64,000 nucleotides of DNA from an uncultured Alphaproteobacteria bacterium. Lineage in GTDB: Bacteria > Pseudomonadota > Alphaproteobacteria > CAAHEQ01 > UBA3637. The stretch is from the NCBI GenBank assembly GCA_947627155.1, contig CANQUX010000004.1, positions 22,889 to 86,888 on the forward strand. Direction: 5' to 3'. The notes under the pieces were generated by a model, which saw only the letters and a list, made by a program, of their open reading frames with translations, did no database searches and was not told where the DNA came from. Below, piece after piece: positions 1 to 9,812 of this stretch. The stretch's first letter is position 1, and every line of letters starts with the position of its first letter. The translations under genes and the position numbers were made by a program.

Positions 1-1207
1 AGAAATCTTAAAAATTGAAGAAACGGTCGAAAAAGAATTAAAAGAACTCGAAAAAAAACAAGCAAGCAATCAAAAAGCGGAAAAGAAACCGCAAAATCAG
101 CAGGCAGACCCTCAAAAAAATAAGCAGCAACAAACCGATTCTCAAAAAAACAACCAACCGAAAACCGAATCGGCACAAACAAAGGAAAGTCAAAAAACGG
201 CAGCTTCAAAAGTTGATGCCAAAGAAGAAAAAGCTGATGTTAAAGAAGAAAACATAGCCACCGTTACCGCCGAGGGCGATTTTATTGTGCCGACCTATAT
301 GCTTCCCGCTAAGGAAGATTTGGAAACGGCGCCGCAAAATAATCCCGCCGAAAATAAGGCATCGGAGGCACCTCAAAACGCACCGGATGCCGCGCAAAAC
401 GCGCCTGTCAATAAAGTTTTGCATCAATCAACGGTTAAAATCACGCAAACGGAGTTAACGCCCGTTGCCGAACAAATGGCCGTCGAGCGGTTTTTAACCG
501 GTAAAACCACCAAAACCATGAAAGCTTATAAAGAAGCGTTGGCGCGTCAAAAAGCGGCTCAAAAAGCCGAGAAAGCGCAAACGAAAGAGAACGGCGCAAG
601 TGAAAATGCCGCAAACGGCAGTGAAAATAAAGCGGATGCAACACAAAATAATGATATTGACGCTTTACTTGAAGATGAAACGTCAAAAGAGGCGAAAAAG
701 CCCAAAAAACGGTTGTTGTTGCCGTTGCGTCCGTTGCCTTCAAAAACACCGCCCGCCGAAGATTTGTCGGGAACGGAACCGCTCTTTAAAGTTGTTTCTT
801 CCACCATGGCGGATCAGGTGTTGAAAGATGCGCAAGATCAAACGCGCAGCTCGCTTTTGATGCCGCAAGATATTAAAGTGACGTTTTATCCCGATTCGGC
901 AGAATTTTCCGGACAAACCGTGAAATGGATTAAAGCTTTTGCTTTGCAGGCGTTGAATGATCCGCGTCGGGTGGTGGAAATTCGGCTCAGTCAATATAAT
1001 CCGATCATGCAGCAAAAACGACTTTCCGTTGTCCAACGGCTTTTAATGAACAGCGGCTTATCGGCACATCAAATTGTGGTCGATTATGTGAATCGTCCGG
1101 CAGACAGTTTAATTTTGCGAACCGTGGAAAAGGTTGAAACGGTTCAAAAACGCAAAATTGAAATGAAAAACGGTAAAGTAAAGGAAAATGAAACAATTAT
1201 CTGGTAA
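1..1207 (+). CDS. Hypothetical Lys/Gln-rich protein with its 5' end outside the window; the C-terminal ~90 aa are weakly OmpA/MotB-like. It is the first gene of the pilus-like operon.
   Basis: The frame starting at nt 2 is open from the window edge with no stop before the listed GTG at 287. The N-terminal part is low-complexity (KKQ...). The C-terminus, 'RLSVVQRLLMNSGLSAHQIVVDY', resembles an OmpA-like peptidoglycan-binding segment. It is tightly followed by the next gene on the same strand. Confidence 0.45.
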   Translation, partial: EILKIEETVEKELKELEKKQASNQKAEKKPQNQQADPQKNKQQQTDSQKNNQPKTESAQTKESQKTAASKVDAKEEKADVKEENIATVTAEGDFIVPTYMLPAKEDLETAPQNNPAENKASEAPQNAPDAAQNAPVNKVLHQSTVKITQTELTPVAEQMAVERFLTGKTTKTMKAYKEALARQKAAQKAEKAQTKENGASENAANGSENKADATQNNDIDALLEDETSKEAKKPKKRLLLPLRPLPSKTPPAEDLSGTEPLFKVVSSTMADQVLKDAQDQTRSSLLMPQDIKVTFYPDSAEFSGQTVKWIKAFALQALNDPRRVVEIRLSQYNPIMQQKRLSVVQRLLMNSGLSAHQIVVDYVNRPADSLILRTVEKVETVQKRKIEMKNGKVKENETIIW

Positions 1208-1241
1208 CGCCCTTCTCGGGACATAACAAAAAGGAGTCTAA

Positions 1242-2168
1242 ATGAAGCAAAACTTACTTAAAAACACACTGACAATCGGTATTGCCGCTTGCGCATTCGG
1301 CGTTTTAAGCGCTTGTACGTCTTTGGGATCGTCCGAAAAAGAAGTTGTTGTCAGCGAAACAACATCGGCCGCCGCATCCAAACCGGTTTGCACATCGGAA
1401 CATGACGTTAATTGTATTGTGACTTATGAAGAGCCTGATTTGAATTTGTCGCAAGCGTATGCCGGTTATGCCATGAGTACGAACGCTTCATATCAAAGCG
1501 GCAGTGCGCCGATTTCGTTATCTGCACCGAACACGATTGCCGGCACGTCGGTTAAAGACAGAACGCGTCAAAAAGAATTGGCGCAACAACGAGCCGATTT
1601 GGCCTTGCAGCCCGTTTTAAGCGCCGATGTTCTTTGCGCGGGTGCCGATTGTGAGCAGGCATTGTTTAAAACGGAAATTGAAAAAACCATTCAAACAACC
1701 GTGTTGGAAAGTCAACCCGTTCCCGTAACGGTTAACGGACAAACGGTTATGGCCGCTCCGGCAGGACAAACGGCACAAGCGGCTCAGGTGGGACAAGCAG
1801 TTCAACCGGTACAAGCGGTACAAGCGGTACAAACGGTACAGCCGGCACAACCGGCGGAACCGCCCGTTATGTCCTTGAAAGAACGAATTGCTTACGGCGA
1901 AGAAGTGCATGATTGGGATGCGCCTGCCGGAGAAACATTGCGGAATTTGTTAATGCAATGGGGTGAACAATCCGGTTGGACGGTTGTTTGGAAAATGGAT
2001 CGCGATTATAATTTGGAAGCCGGCGTTGTTTTCCGCGGTAAGTTTACGGAAGTGGCCGCCGCTTTCATTCGCTCGTTTGCTCGGGCAACACCCGCGCCGA
2101 TCGGCACGTTCTATAAAGGAAACAGAGTTTTAGTCATTAACACGCAGGAGAATGATAATGCTGAATAA
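1242..2168 (+). CDS. Lipoprotein, PilL/TcpQ-like, a putative secretin-associated pilotin-type component of the type IVb pilus cluster.
   Basis: An RBS (AAAAGGAG) lies 8 nt upstream. The signal peptide has the lipobox 'LSAC'. It contains a Q/V/A repeat block (VQAVQAVQTVQ) and a C-terminal 'GW..VW...D' segment. Its position immediately 5' of the secretin gene matches R64 pilL-pilN order. Confidence 0.5.
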   Translation: MKQNLLKNTLTIGIAACAFGVLSACTSLGSSEKEVVVSETTSAAASKPVCTSEHDVNCIVTYEEPDLNLSQAYAGYAMSTNASYQSGSAPISLSAPNTIAGTSVKDRTRQKELAQQRADLALQPVLSADVLCAGADCEQALFKTEIEKTIQTTVLESQPVPVTVNGQTVMAAPAGQTAQAAQVGQAVQPVQAVQAVQTVQPAQPAEPPVMSLKERIAYGEEVHDWDAPAGETLRNLLMQWGEQSGWTVVWKMDRDYNLEAGVVFRGKFTEVAAAFIRSFARATPAPIGTFYKGNRVLVINTQENDNAE

Positions 2169-3804
2169 ATCAATGAAATGGAGTTTAATGGGTCTTTTAG
2201 CCGCCGCCGCCATGACGCTGTCGGCTTGTAATGATTATGTTGCCAAAACAAATGAAAAAATTGAAACCACGTTGGAACGTGTGGAAGATCATTTGCAACA
2301 GGCACAAATTCCCGATTTACCGGAACCCGTTGATACGGTGCGTACCAAAAACGATATTTGGTTGGGTACTCAAAGCGTGAAAATTTCCGAAGGCGATGCG
2401 TTGCCGGCAAATATGGAAGAAAAAGATTCCGTCACGCTCTCCATTGCCGAAGCAACCACGTTACCTACTTTGGCGCAGGAAATTACCGATATGACGGGCA
2501 TTACCGTTCGACTGGATAATTTAAAAGCCGAAAATGCCATTCCCACGGAAACCGTTCCGTTTAATTATACCGGTTCGCTCAGCGGCTTGTTAAATTATGC
2601 TTCAAACCGGTACGGCGTGTGGTGGCGGTATAAAGCGGGCATCATTACGTTCTATACGAAAGAAACGCGTGTCTTTAATATATATGCGTTGCCGACGGAA
2701 ACTTCTATTTCTAACTCGTTAAGCGGTGCCTCCATGGGCGATACGGGCGGCAGTTCCAGTTCAACCTTGTCGCAATCGGCCAATCTGGCTTTGTGGGATA
2801 ACATTGAACAAGGCTTACAACAGGTTGTCGGTGAAAACGGGCAGTTATCGTTCAGCCGCGTTGCCGGTACGGTGACCGTGACCGGCAGTCCGTTTGTTAT
2901 TCGCGAAGCCGCCGACTGGATTGCCAAGTTTAACGAAAAATTATCACGGCAGGTTGCCATTTCCGTGAAAGTGTTATCGGTTTCCGTTACGAATGCCGAT
3001 AACTACGGGTTGGATTTAACCGGTGTCTTTACAAACGATACCATTCAGGCAAACTATACCAGTCCGTTTACCATTGCCTCCGGCAGTACGGGTGCGGCAG
3101 CAGGTATGCTTTCCATGACGTTGTTAAAACCCAGCTCCAAGTGGAAAGACAGTAATGCCGTTATTCAGGCTTTCTCGTCGCAAGGTAAAACGGCGTTGGT
3201 TACCTCAGCCAGTGTGACCACACTTAATAATAAAGTGGCACCGATTCAAATTACCACACAACAAAACTATGTGAAAGAATCGAACGTGTCAACATCCGGT
3301 ACCGGTTCCGACAGAAGCGTTGATACCGATATGGAAACGGATACGTTGAATTACGGCTTTATGCTGGAAGTGTTGCCGCGTATTTTGGATCACGGTCGGT
3401 TGATTGTGATGTTCTCAATGAACTTAACCGATTTGGTTTCGTTGGAAACATTCTCGTCTGACGGTTCTTCTTCGGGCGGTACATATGATTACAGCGATGA
3501 ATCCGATTCGGAGGATACGGGTACATCAACGGGTGACCAGGAAAAAACGGTTGTCCAATTGCCGAAAATGCAAACCCGCGGCTTTGTTCAGGAAATTGCC
3601 ATGCGTTCGGGTTCAACATTGGTGTTAACAGGTTTCGAGCAAGTTCAAAATACCACGACGACAGGCGGTATCGGACAAGCCAAGATGGGTATTTTGGGCG
3701 GACAAGCTTATAGTGGCAATAATCGTGACGTGATGGTGATTTTATTAACACCGGAAGTGTTGGAATCGCCGTTATCTCCCGAATCGCGCATGAGAGACTT
3801 TTAA
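2158..3804 (+). CDS. Lipoprotein secretin of type IVb pilus systems (PilN/BfpB/TcpC-like).
   Basis: Lipobox 'LSAC' after an N-terminal signal peptide. The C-terminal ~250 aa have secretin-domain character ('LVTSASVTTLNNKVAPIQITTQQNYV' ... 'GSTLVLTGFEQ' ... 'DVMVILLTPEVL'). Size is 548 aa. The start was moved to the second ATG (2158) because AGGAG at 2146-2150 is too close to the ATG at 2152. Confidence 0.7.
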   Translation: MLNKSMKWSLMGLLAAAAMTLSACNDYVAKTNEKIETTLERVEDHLQQAQIPDLPEPVDTVRTKNDIWLGTQSVKISEGDALPANMEEKDSVTLSIAEATTLPTLAQEITDMTGITVRLDNLKAENAIPTETVPFNYTGSLSGLLNYASNRYGVWWRYKAGIITFYTKETRVFNIYALPTETSISNSLSGASMGDTGGSSSSTLSQSANLALWDNIEQGLQQVVGENGQLSFSRVAGTVTVTGSPFVIREAADWIAKFNEKLSRQVAISVKVLSVSVTNADNYGLDLTGVFTNDTIQANYTSPFTIASGSTGAAAGMLSMTLLKPSSKWKDSNAVIQAFSSQGKTALVTSASVTTLNNKVAPIQITTQQNYVKESNVSTSGTGSDRSVDTDMETDTLNYGFMLEVLPRILDHGRLIVMFSMNLTDLVSLETFSSDGSSSGGTYDYSDESDSEDTGTSTGDQEKTVVQLPKMQTRGFVQEIAMRSGSTLVLTGFEQVQNTTTTGGIGQAKMGILGGQAYSGNNRDVMVILLTPEVLESPLSPESRMRDF

Positions 3805-3815
3805 GGAGTTGACGA

Positions 3816-5144
3816 ATGGCAGAAGAGGCAATGAATAATCCCGCCGGAACGGTACCGGAAATCAATCCGGCCGCGCATGGCTCAATTACAATCGGACGGC
3901 GCGTATATGCCGTCGGGTTGCTGTGGCAGCCGTTGCAAAATTCAGATGATCCGCTGCCGGAAATTCGGGAAGCCATTGACAGTGATCCCGATGCCGATTT
4001 ATATTGCCTGCGGTCCACATCAACCCCGCAATACGGTATCGGCAAAAAAGCCATGGGGCATCATTCGGGTGAGCCGTCCGCGGCGGCAGCCGTTGCTTCA
4101 GCTTTGAATGAATATGTTTCCGTTGCTGCCGTGTTCCCCGTTAAAGAGGGGTGGTGGCTTCTGGCGGTCAGAAATGATTTAATTCTGTCCGAAGAAGATA
4201 TGCTTTTTGATACCGAGCAAGAGGCACAGGAAGCTTTTTATGCTTTAATGGCTTTGCCTGACTGGGATTTAAAAATTGCACCGGAGCATTGGGGTGTTGA
4301 AAAAGCGCGTCAAATCTCTTTGGAAACATTGATTAAAAAATCAGGAACCAAAGTGGCGTTGGAAGAGTTGGGAGCTGCAAAGAAAACGCAGTTCTTAACC
4401 GTTATCGCCATCGGGTTTTTAATTTTAATCGGTGTGTTGATTTATTTCCTTGTTTCGTTATGGAATTCGGTGTTTACGGAAGAAAAAATTGAAGCTGTTC
4501 CGATTCCCGAGGCTATTCAACCGGTTGAACCGACTCCCGAAAAACCGAAACCCTGGGAAAAAGTGCCGCAGTTGGATGTTTTTCTGCATAAGTGTTGGAA
4601 TAATGCTTATCAGTTGACGGCTTTAACCATTCCCGGTTGGCAAATCGGTGCCGTGAACTGTAACTTTCAGGGTTTGACGACCGGTTGGCATAAATCATGG
4701 GACAAAGCCGGCCGAATTGCGTGGCTCAAAGCTGCCTTAAACGAATATAAAATGTCAAGGGTAGATGTTAAATTGAATGATGACGGCGCAACCGCCAGCG
4801 GGCAATTGGCATTTACGGATATTCCGTTGGTTGCTTCCGTTCCGACCATTGAAGATCGGAAATTGTGGGAAGAATTAACCGATATTAAACAAGCTACAAA
4901 CATACAATTGAATTTTTCAAAACAAGCAGTGTTGGATCCGCCGGATAATCCTGACGGAACAAAACCTGCCAATCAGCAAGAGTATGTTTTTTACCAGTTT
5001 TCAATTTCGTCGCCATACACCCCGTTTGAATGGAAGACGTTCTTTGAAAAATTCCCGGGCTTGGAATTAACGGCTATCAGCTTTAATCCGGGTCTGGACG
5101 CTCAAGATAAATGGAAATATGAGGGAAGAATATATGCAAAATAG
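3816..5144 (+). CDS. PilO-like bitopic inner-membrane pilus assembly protein.
   Basis: RBS AAGGAG, then ATG at 3816. There is a single central TM segment ('FLTVIAIGFLILIGVLIYFLVSLW'). The ~440 aa size and its position after the secretin match the R64 pilN-pilO arrangement. No catalytic motifs were seen. Confidence 0.45.
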   Translation: MAEEAMNNPAGTVPEINPAAHGSITIGRRVYAVGLLWQPLQNSDDPLPEIREAIDSDPDADLYCLRSTSTPQYGIGKKAMGHHSGEPSAAAAVASALNEYVSVAAVFPVKEGWWLLAVRNDLILSEEDMLFDTEQEAQEAFYALMALPDWDLKIAPEHWGVEKARQISLETLIKKSGTKVALEELGAAKKTQFLTVIAIGFLILIGVLIYFLVSLWNSVFTEEKIEAVPIPEAIQPVEPTPEKPKPWEKVPQLDVFLHKCWNNAYQLTALTIPGWQIGAVNCNFQGLTTGWHKSWDKAGRIAWLKAALNEYKMSRVDVKLNDDGATASGQLAFTDIPLVASVPTIEDRKLWEELTDIKQATNIQLNFSKQAVLDPPDNPDGTKPANQQEYVFYQFSISSPYTPFEWKTFFEKFPGLELTAISFNPGLDAQDKWKYEGRIYAK

Positions 5145-6345
5145 TTCATTATCATTATTGGCAACGCTTTGTTTGTCAACCGCTTTGTTTGTCGCACCGG
5201 CCTCTGCGCAGAATGCGACGGCGAAAACCAATGATGCTCAACCGACGGCTCAGGCTCAGGCCAAAAATGCCGTAAACAATCAAGGGCAGGCCGCTGATAA
5301 AAAGGCGAATGCCAAACCGGCTGCAAACGGACAAGGGCAAGCCGCCGATAAAAAGGCAAATGCTAAACCGGCCGAAACCGGACAGGCGCAAGCTGCCGAT
5401 AAAAGTAACGGTGCGCAACCGGCCGAAAATAATGCCGCAAAGGAAGAAGAACGGAAGCTGTTGGAAGCCGAATTGAATAACACCGATGTTGATTCAACGG
5501 AAATTTTGGACTTTCCGGCACGGACTTCATTGGGAGAAATTGAAATGGCAACGTTACCGGGTGTCAAGGAATCGTTAATCAACGGTCCTGCCTCGATGGC
5601 ACCTTCCGTTTCAACAAAAGATTTGCCCAGCGAACAATTATTGGGACGTATTACTTCCGAAGTTTTTCAGGAAATGGCTGATTTGGAACGGGGTAATGTG
5701 TTCTTGAAATTACAAATGCAAAAAGAGCAATTGAAAAATGATTTGGAAAAATTAAAAGCAACATATCGTCAAAATCGGTTGGAAGAAATTGCTAAACGGG
5801 AAGATGTGGTGCGTTCGCGTATTGCTTGGTGGCAAGAGCAGGAGGCCGCTCGTTTGGAAATGGAAAAGAAAAAAGCCGAAACGGAAGCTATTGAGCAACA
5901 AATTACCGAAGCGGAAGAGTTGCGGAATAAGTTAAGAGAAGAAGCCATTGCCGAAAAAGAAGCTGCCAAGAAAAAAGCCATTGAAAAAGCGGCGGCAGAG
6001 GCAGCAAAAGCATTAAATACTGTTGAAACACCCGTTGTGGCCGAACAAACAAAAGCGAATGAACAAAATGAAACGCTCGGAGATAAACTTCCGATTTTAA
6101 GTGATACATATTCACTTATCAGTGTGCGCGGCATGAAATCAAATTTATCTGCCTCATTGAAAAACAAAAAGGACGGTTCTTTATCGGTTGTGAAAAAGGG
6201 TGATGTGTTACCTTCCGGACATCATGTGATTGAAATAACCAAAGAATCACTTATTGCTGAAATAGAGAATAGAAAAGATATTCTTCTTTTTGCTGTTGAA
6301 GCAAAAACAGATGATGAGTCGGGAACCGTTGGAGCAAATAAATAA
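5134..6345 (+). CDS. Secreted repeat and coiled-coil protein, PilP-like by position.
   Basis: RBS GAGGGAAG 5 nt before the ATG at 5134. Signal peptide '...LFVAPASA'. Three tandem 'GQAADKKANAKPA' repeats. The central region is coiled-coil (EEERKLLEAEL ... AAKKKAIEKAAAEAAK). It overlaps the previous gene's stop, indicating an operon. Confidence 0.4.
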   Translation: MQNSSLSLLATLCLSTALFVAPASAQNATAKTNDAQPTAQAQAKNAVNNQGQAADKKANAKPAANGQGQAADKKANAKPAETGQAQAADKSNGAQPAENNAAKEEERKLLEAELNNTDVDSTEILDFPARTSLGEIEMATLPGVKESLINGPASMAPSVSTKDLPSEQLLGRITSEVFQEMADLERGNVFLKLQMQKEQLKNDLEKLKATYRQNRLEEIAKREDVVRSRIAWWQEQEAARLEMEKKKAETEAIEQQITEAEELRNKLREEAIAEKEAAKKKAIEKAAAEAAKALNTVETPVVAEQTKANEQNETLGDKLPILSDTYSLISVRGMKSNLSASLKNKKDGSLSVVKKGDVLPSGHHVIEITKESLIAEIENRKDILLFAVEAKTDDESGTVGANK

Positions 6346-6367
6346 AAAAGCATAAAGGGGATTATTG

Positions 6368-8563
6368 ATGAGACCGCCTTTTTTCGGAAACAGACCGAAT
6401 AAACTTCCGGAGTCACATGAGAGTCATCAGGAAACGGACGGAATGTCCAGAGAATATCTTGATGTTTCTCATATTGAGATTCCGGAAGCAGGCGGTTTTG
6501 CGGAAGAAGAGTTACCTGTTATTTCAGAAGTTTCCCCTTTTCCTTCATTTATTGGTGAAACATCCGGTAAAGAAAATTCTGTTGGCAGAAATAATCAAGC
6601 GGAAAAAAATAATGGGGTTATGGGGCAAACACCCGTTACTCAATCAGCGGGCAATTATAATGCGGCACAGGAAGCTCCTTATCGGAATGCTGCCGTTACA
6701 GCTCCGTCATACAGAAAAAAAACATCAGAGGAAAATGTTGATGTCAGCAATATGAGTGAAGCGGCGCAGGCACGCAGTAATTTATTTACCCCGCCCAAAG
6801 CACGAAATTTTGTAAAAATGACGGAACCGTTGTCTTCCTCTGTTCAAAAAGAAGAAAATAATCGGGAAAATTTGCATAAAGTTGTGCAGGAAGCTTTTTT
6901 AAAAAGCGATAAACCGACGAATGAAACGCAAGCCGCGGCTACACCGCAGCCGACTATTGCCGTTAATAAAGATTTTAATTCTCCCTCATTTTTAAAAGAT
7001 TTATTTGATAACGGCAATGTGTGTATTACGGCTTCCGGCGGTTCATTACCGATTAAAGATGAAACGCGTATGTTATTGGCGTTATTTTCAAACGGGCGTT
7101 TTTTTGTTTGCGAAACATATAAGTTTGACGGAAAAGTTTTAGGATTTGAATATTTAGCAAAAAAACGGCATTTGCAGATCGGAAAGCCGGAATATGTGCC
7201 GATGCCGATTTTGCAAAGCATTTATGAATATGCCACGCGTAACGGTTTAACGGAAGTTTCCGAAAGCGATAAAAATGAAGAGCAGGAGCAAGCACAGGCG
7301 CGTATGCAGCGTGACTTTGTGACCATTGTTTCGCGTGCGGCTGCCATGCATGTTTCCGATATTCATATTGTGGTTGCTGATCATACAACGGTTATGTTTC
7401 GGGCGAACGGGTTAATGCAAACGGAAATGGAATACAACAAAGATTGGGGTGAAAGTTTTGTGCGGGCGGCTTTTGCTTCTTCCGATATTTCCGATTCAAA
7501 CTATGCGCAAAATGAATATCAGGCAGCTCAAAAGTTGGGGCGAACGCCGCTCAGAGGATCGCACGGAAAGTTAGTGTTGCCGCGAAATATTTTAGGTATT
7601 CGTTTACAGTTTAACCCGATTGCATTTGGTACACGCTATGTGGTTATGCGGTTATTATATGCCGAAGAATCATCAAATGCTTCCACCGGTTTGGAAGCGC
7701 TCGGGTTTACGGAACGGGAGCTTGATTTTTTCTATCAGCTGCGGGGGGCACCGACCGGTATTACCATTATTTCCGGACCGACGGGTTCCGGTAAATCAAC
7801 AACCTTGCAACGAAATATGATTCAAATGTTGCAGGAACGCAATTATGAAATTAACTTAATTACGGTGGAAGATCCGCCGGAATATCCGATTCCGGGTGCC
7901 CGACAAATGCCGGTGACCAACGCATCCATTGAAGAGGCCAAAGAACGTGAGTTTACAAAAGCCTTGTCTGCGGCTCTTCGTTCCGACCCGGACAGTTTGA
8001 TGATCGGAGAGGTGCGTACCTTGTCGGCGGCCGATTTGGCTTTCCGTGGCGCTTTATCCGGACATAACGTGTGGACAACGCTTCATGCCAACAGTGCGCC
8101 GGCCATTTTAATGCGTTTAAAAGATTTGGGTGTGGAAGATTTTAAATTGCGTGACCCGGATATTGTCAAAGGTTTGTTGGCTCAGCGGTTGTTTCGTCGG
8201 CTTTGCCCCAAGTGTCGTGTGCCGGCAACACAACGGCTGAATGTGCCGTCTGTGCAACGGTTGCGGGAGGCCTTTGGTGATATTGGTGTTGAAAGTTCTT
8301 ATTTGCGCGGAAAAGGGTGTAAATATTGTGATTTCAGAGGGGTTAAAGGACGAATGTCCGTTGCGGAAATTATTTTGCCGGATGCGACTTTCCTTGATTT
8401 GGTTATGAAAGGGGAAACGAAGAAAGCAATTAACTATTGGATTAATGATTTAAACGGTATGACATTGCGGGAGGTTGCCATTTCCCATATGTTTAAAGGA
8501 ATTATTGATGTTGATGAAGTCGAACGGTGGACGGGCTTCTTAAATCAGATTGTAAACGCCTGA
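6368..8563 (+). CDS. GspE/PilB-family secretion ATPase (PilQ-like) with a long disordered N-terminal extension.
   Basis: Walker A 'SGPTGSGKSTT', Asp box 'ITVEDPPEY', Walker B 'DPDSLMIGEVR', His box 'GHNVWTTLHANSA', and tetracysteine 'CPKC...CKYC'. RBS AAAGGGGA before the ATG at 6368. The first ~320 aa are low complexity (S/N/E-rich). Confidence 0.85.
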   Translation: MRPPFFGNRPNKLPESHESHQETDGMSREYLDVSHIEIPEAGGFAEEELPVISEVSPFPSFIGETSGKENSVGRNNQAEKNNGVMGQTPVTQSAGNYNAAQEAPYRNAAVTAPSYRKKTSEENVDVSNMSEAAQARSNLFTPPKARNFVKMTEPLSSSVQKEENNRENLHKVVQEAFLKSDKPTNETQAAATPQPTIAVNKDFNSPSFLKDLFDNGNVCITASGGSLPIKDETRMLLALFSNGRFFVCETYKFDGKVLGFEYLAKKRHLQIGKPEYVPMPILQSIYEYATRNGLTEVSESDKNEEQEQAQARMQRDFVTIVSRAAAMHVSDIHIVVADHTTVMFRANGLMQTEMEYNKDWGESFVRAAFASSDISDSNYAQNEYQAAQKLGRTPLRGSHGKLVLPRNILGIRLQFNPIAFGTRYVVMRLLYAEESSNASTGLEALGFTERELDFFYQLRGAPTGITIISGPTGSGKSTTLQRNMIQMLQERNYEINLITVEDPPEYPIPGARQMPVTNASIEEAKEREFTKALSAALRSDPDSLMIGEVRTLSAADLAFRGALSGHNVWTTLHANSAPAILMRLKDLGVEDFKLRDPDIVKGLLAQRLFRRLCPKCRVPATQRLNVPSVQRLREAFGDIGVESSYLRGKGCKYCDFRGVKGRMSVAEIILPDATFLDLVMKGETKKAINYWINDLNGMTLREVAISHMFKGIIDVDEVERWTGFLNQIVNA

Positions 8564-8580
8564 TAAATAAGGAGAGATAA

Positions 8581-9708
8581 ATGGCTGAAAATGCAAAAAA
8601 GAAAGATACGAAAGCTTCGGCAGCAATCGGTTCGGGTGATATTTTCTTTTCAAGAATGATGGTGCGGTTATACACCTCGGACAGATTGGCTTTTTATTAT
8701 AAATTAAAAGCTTTGTTGCACAACCGTTTTTCTTTAATGGATGCTTTGGAGCGTATGTATCAAATTTATTCGAAGGAAGGGAAAAAACCAACGGAATCCA
8801 TGGCGGTTGCCATTACAACGTGGATGCATCAAATTCGAAACGGTGAAACATTTTCCGTGGCTTTGCGCGGGTGGGCGCCGTCAACGGAAGTGTTAATGTT
8901 ATCCGTGGGTGATGTTTCGAATTTGGAAGATGCGTTGGCGAATACCATTAAGGTTGTGGAAGGAATGAACCGAATGAAAGAACCGGTGTTTTCAGCGGTT
9001 TCTTACCCGTTATTCTTGATGGTTATGGTTATTTTGCTTATTTACGGTGTCGGTGCTTATATGGTGCCGCCGATGGTTGATGCCGTTCCGAACCTGATCT
9101 GGACGGGAACGGCAAAATCGTTGGTTGATTTGTCTTATTTTGTGCGGGATCATCCGCTTCCTCTGTTTTTAACATTACCGATTATAATTTTTCTTATTAT
9201 TCTGACTTTCCCGCGTTGGAAACGAGAATCACGTGCGGTTGCCGATAAGTTTCCGCCATGGTCGATTTATCGAATTTTTATCGGTGTCGGTTGGTTGTTA
9301 TCATTATCGGCGCTTGTTCGGGCAGGAACACCTGTTTCAAAAGCCATGCGTTCGTTAAGAGGTGATGCTTCTCCTTATTTGCTTTATCGAATTGACAGAG
9401 CATTGAGCTATGTGAACAACGGTGATAACTTGGGTGATTCATTGTATAAAACAAAATTGAATTTTCCTGATGAAGAAGTTGTCGGTGATTTAAGAATTTA
9501 TGCCGAGTTGGATAACTTCCCGGAAGCCTTAACGCGTTTATCCGATGATTGGTTGGAAAGCTCTATTAAAGATATTGAGAAAAAAGCCGGGGTGTTAAAC
9601 GGTGTGGCTATTTTGTTGATTGCCGGTATTGTGGCTTGGGCCGTTATGGGAACATTTGATATGCAAGAGCAAATGGTCAACGGTATGGGCTTGGGCGGCG
9701 GTCGTTAA
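8581..9708 (+). CDS. GspF/PilC-family inner-membrane platform protein (PilR-like).
   Basis: RBS AAGGAGAG then ATG. 375 aa with three hydrophobic segments and a cytoplasmic N-domain. It lies immediately downstream of the ATPase, as in R64 pilQ-pilR and gspE-gspF. Confidence 0.6.
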   Translation: MAENAKKKDTKASAAIGSGDIFFSRMMVRLYTSDRLAFYYKLKALLHNRFSLMDALERMYQIYSKEGKKPTESMAVAITTWMHQIRNGETFSVALRGWAPSTEVLMLSVGDVSNLEDALANTIKVVEGMNRMKEPVFSAVSYPLFLMVMVILLIYGVGAYMVPPMVDAVPNLIWTGTAKSLVDLSYFVRDHPLPLFLTLPIIIFLIILTFPRWKRESRAVADKFPPWSIYRIFIGVGWLLSLSALVRAGTPVSKAMRSLRGDASPYLLYRIDRALSYVNNGDNLGDSLYKTKLNFPDEEVVGDLRIYAELDNFPEALTRLSDDWLESSIKDIEKKAGVLNGVAILLIAGIVAWAVMGTFDMQEQMVNGMGLGGGR

Positions 9709-9756
9709 TTTTTGTCAGCCGAATATCTTTATTTTTCTTATTCGAAAAAAAACCTC

Positions 9757-9790
9757 TTGACAAAAGAGAAAAAGAGGCTTATTCTCTCTG
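9757..9790 (+). promoter_or_regulatory. Putative sigma70 promoter for the MarC-family gene.
   Basis: TTGACA (9757-9762), a 17 nt spacer, then TATTCT. It is located inside a hairpin-forming region downstream of the pilus operon. Confidence 0.3.
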
Positions 9791-9812
9791 CCTGTTATTT
9801 GAGGGAATGGTT

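Noticed and set aside
1617-1910. Minus-strand ORF with 'LYRLYRLYRLYR' repeats.
   Set aside because: It is the antisense of the VQAVQAVQ repeat in the PilL-like gene, so it is spurious.
3359-4054. 231 aa minus-strand ORF spanning the secretin/PilO-like junction.
   Set aside because: It overlaps two well-supported co-directional plus-strand genes that have RBSs. It has no RBS and an implausible composition.
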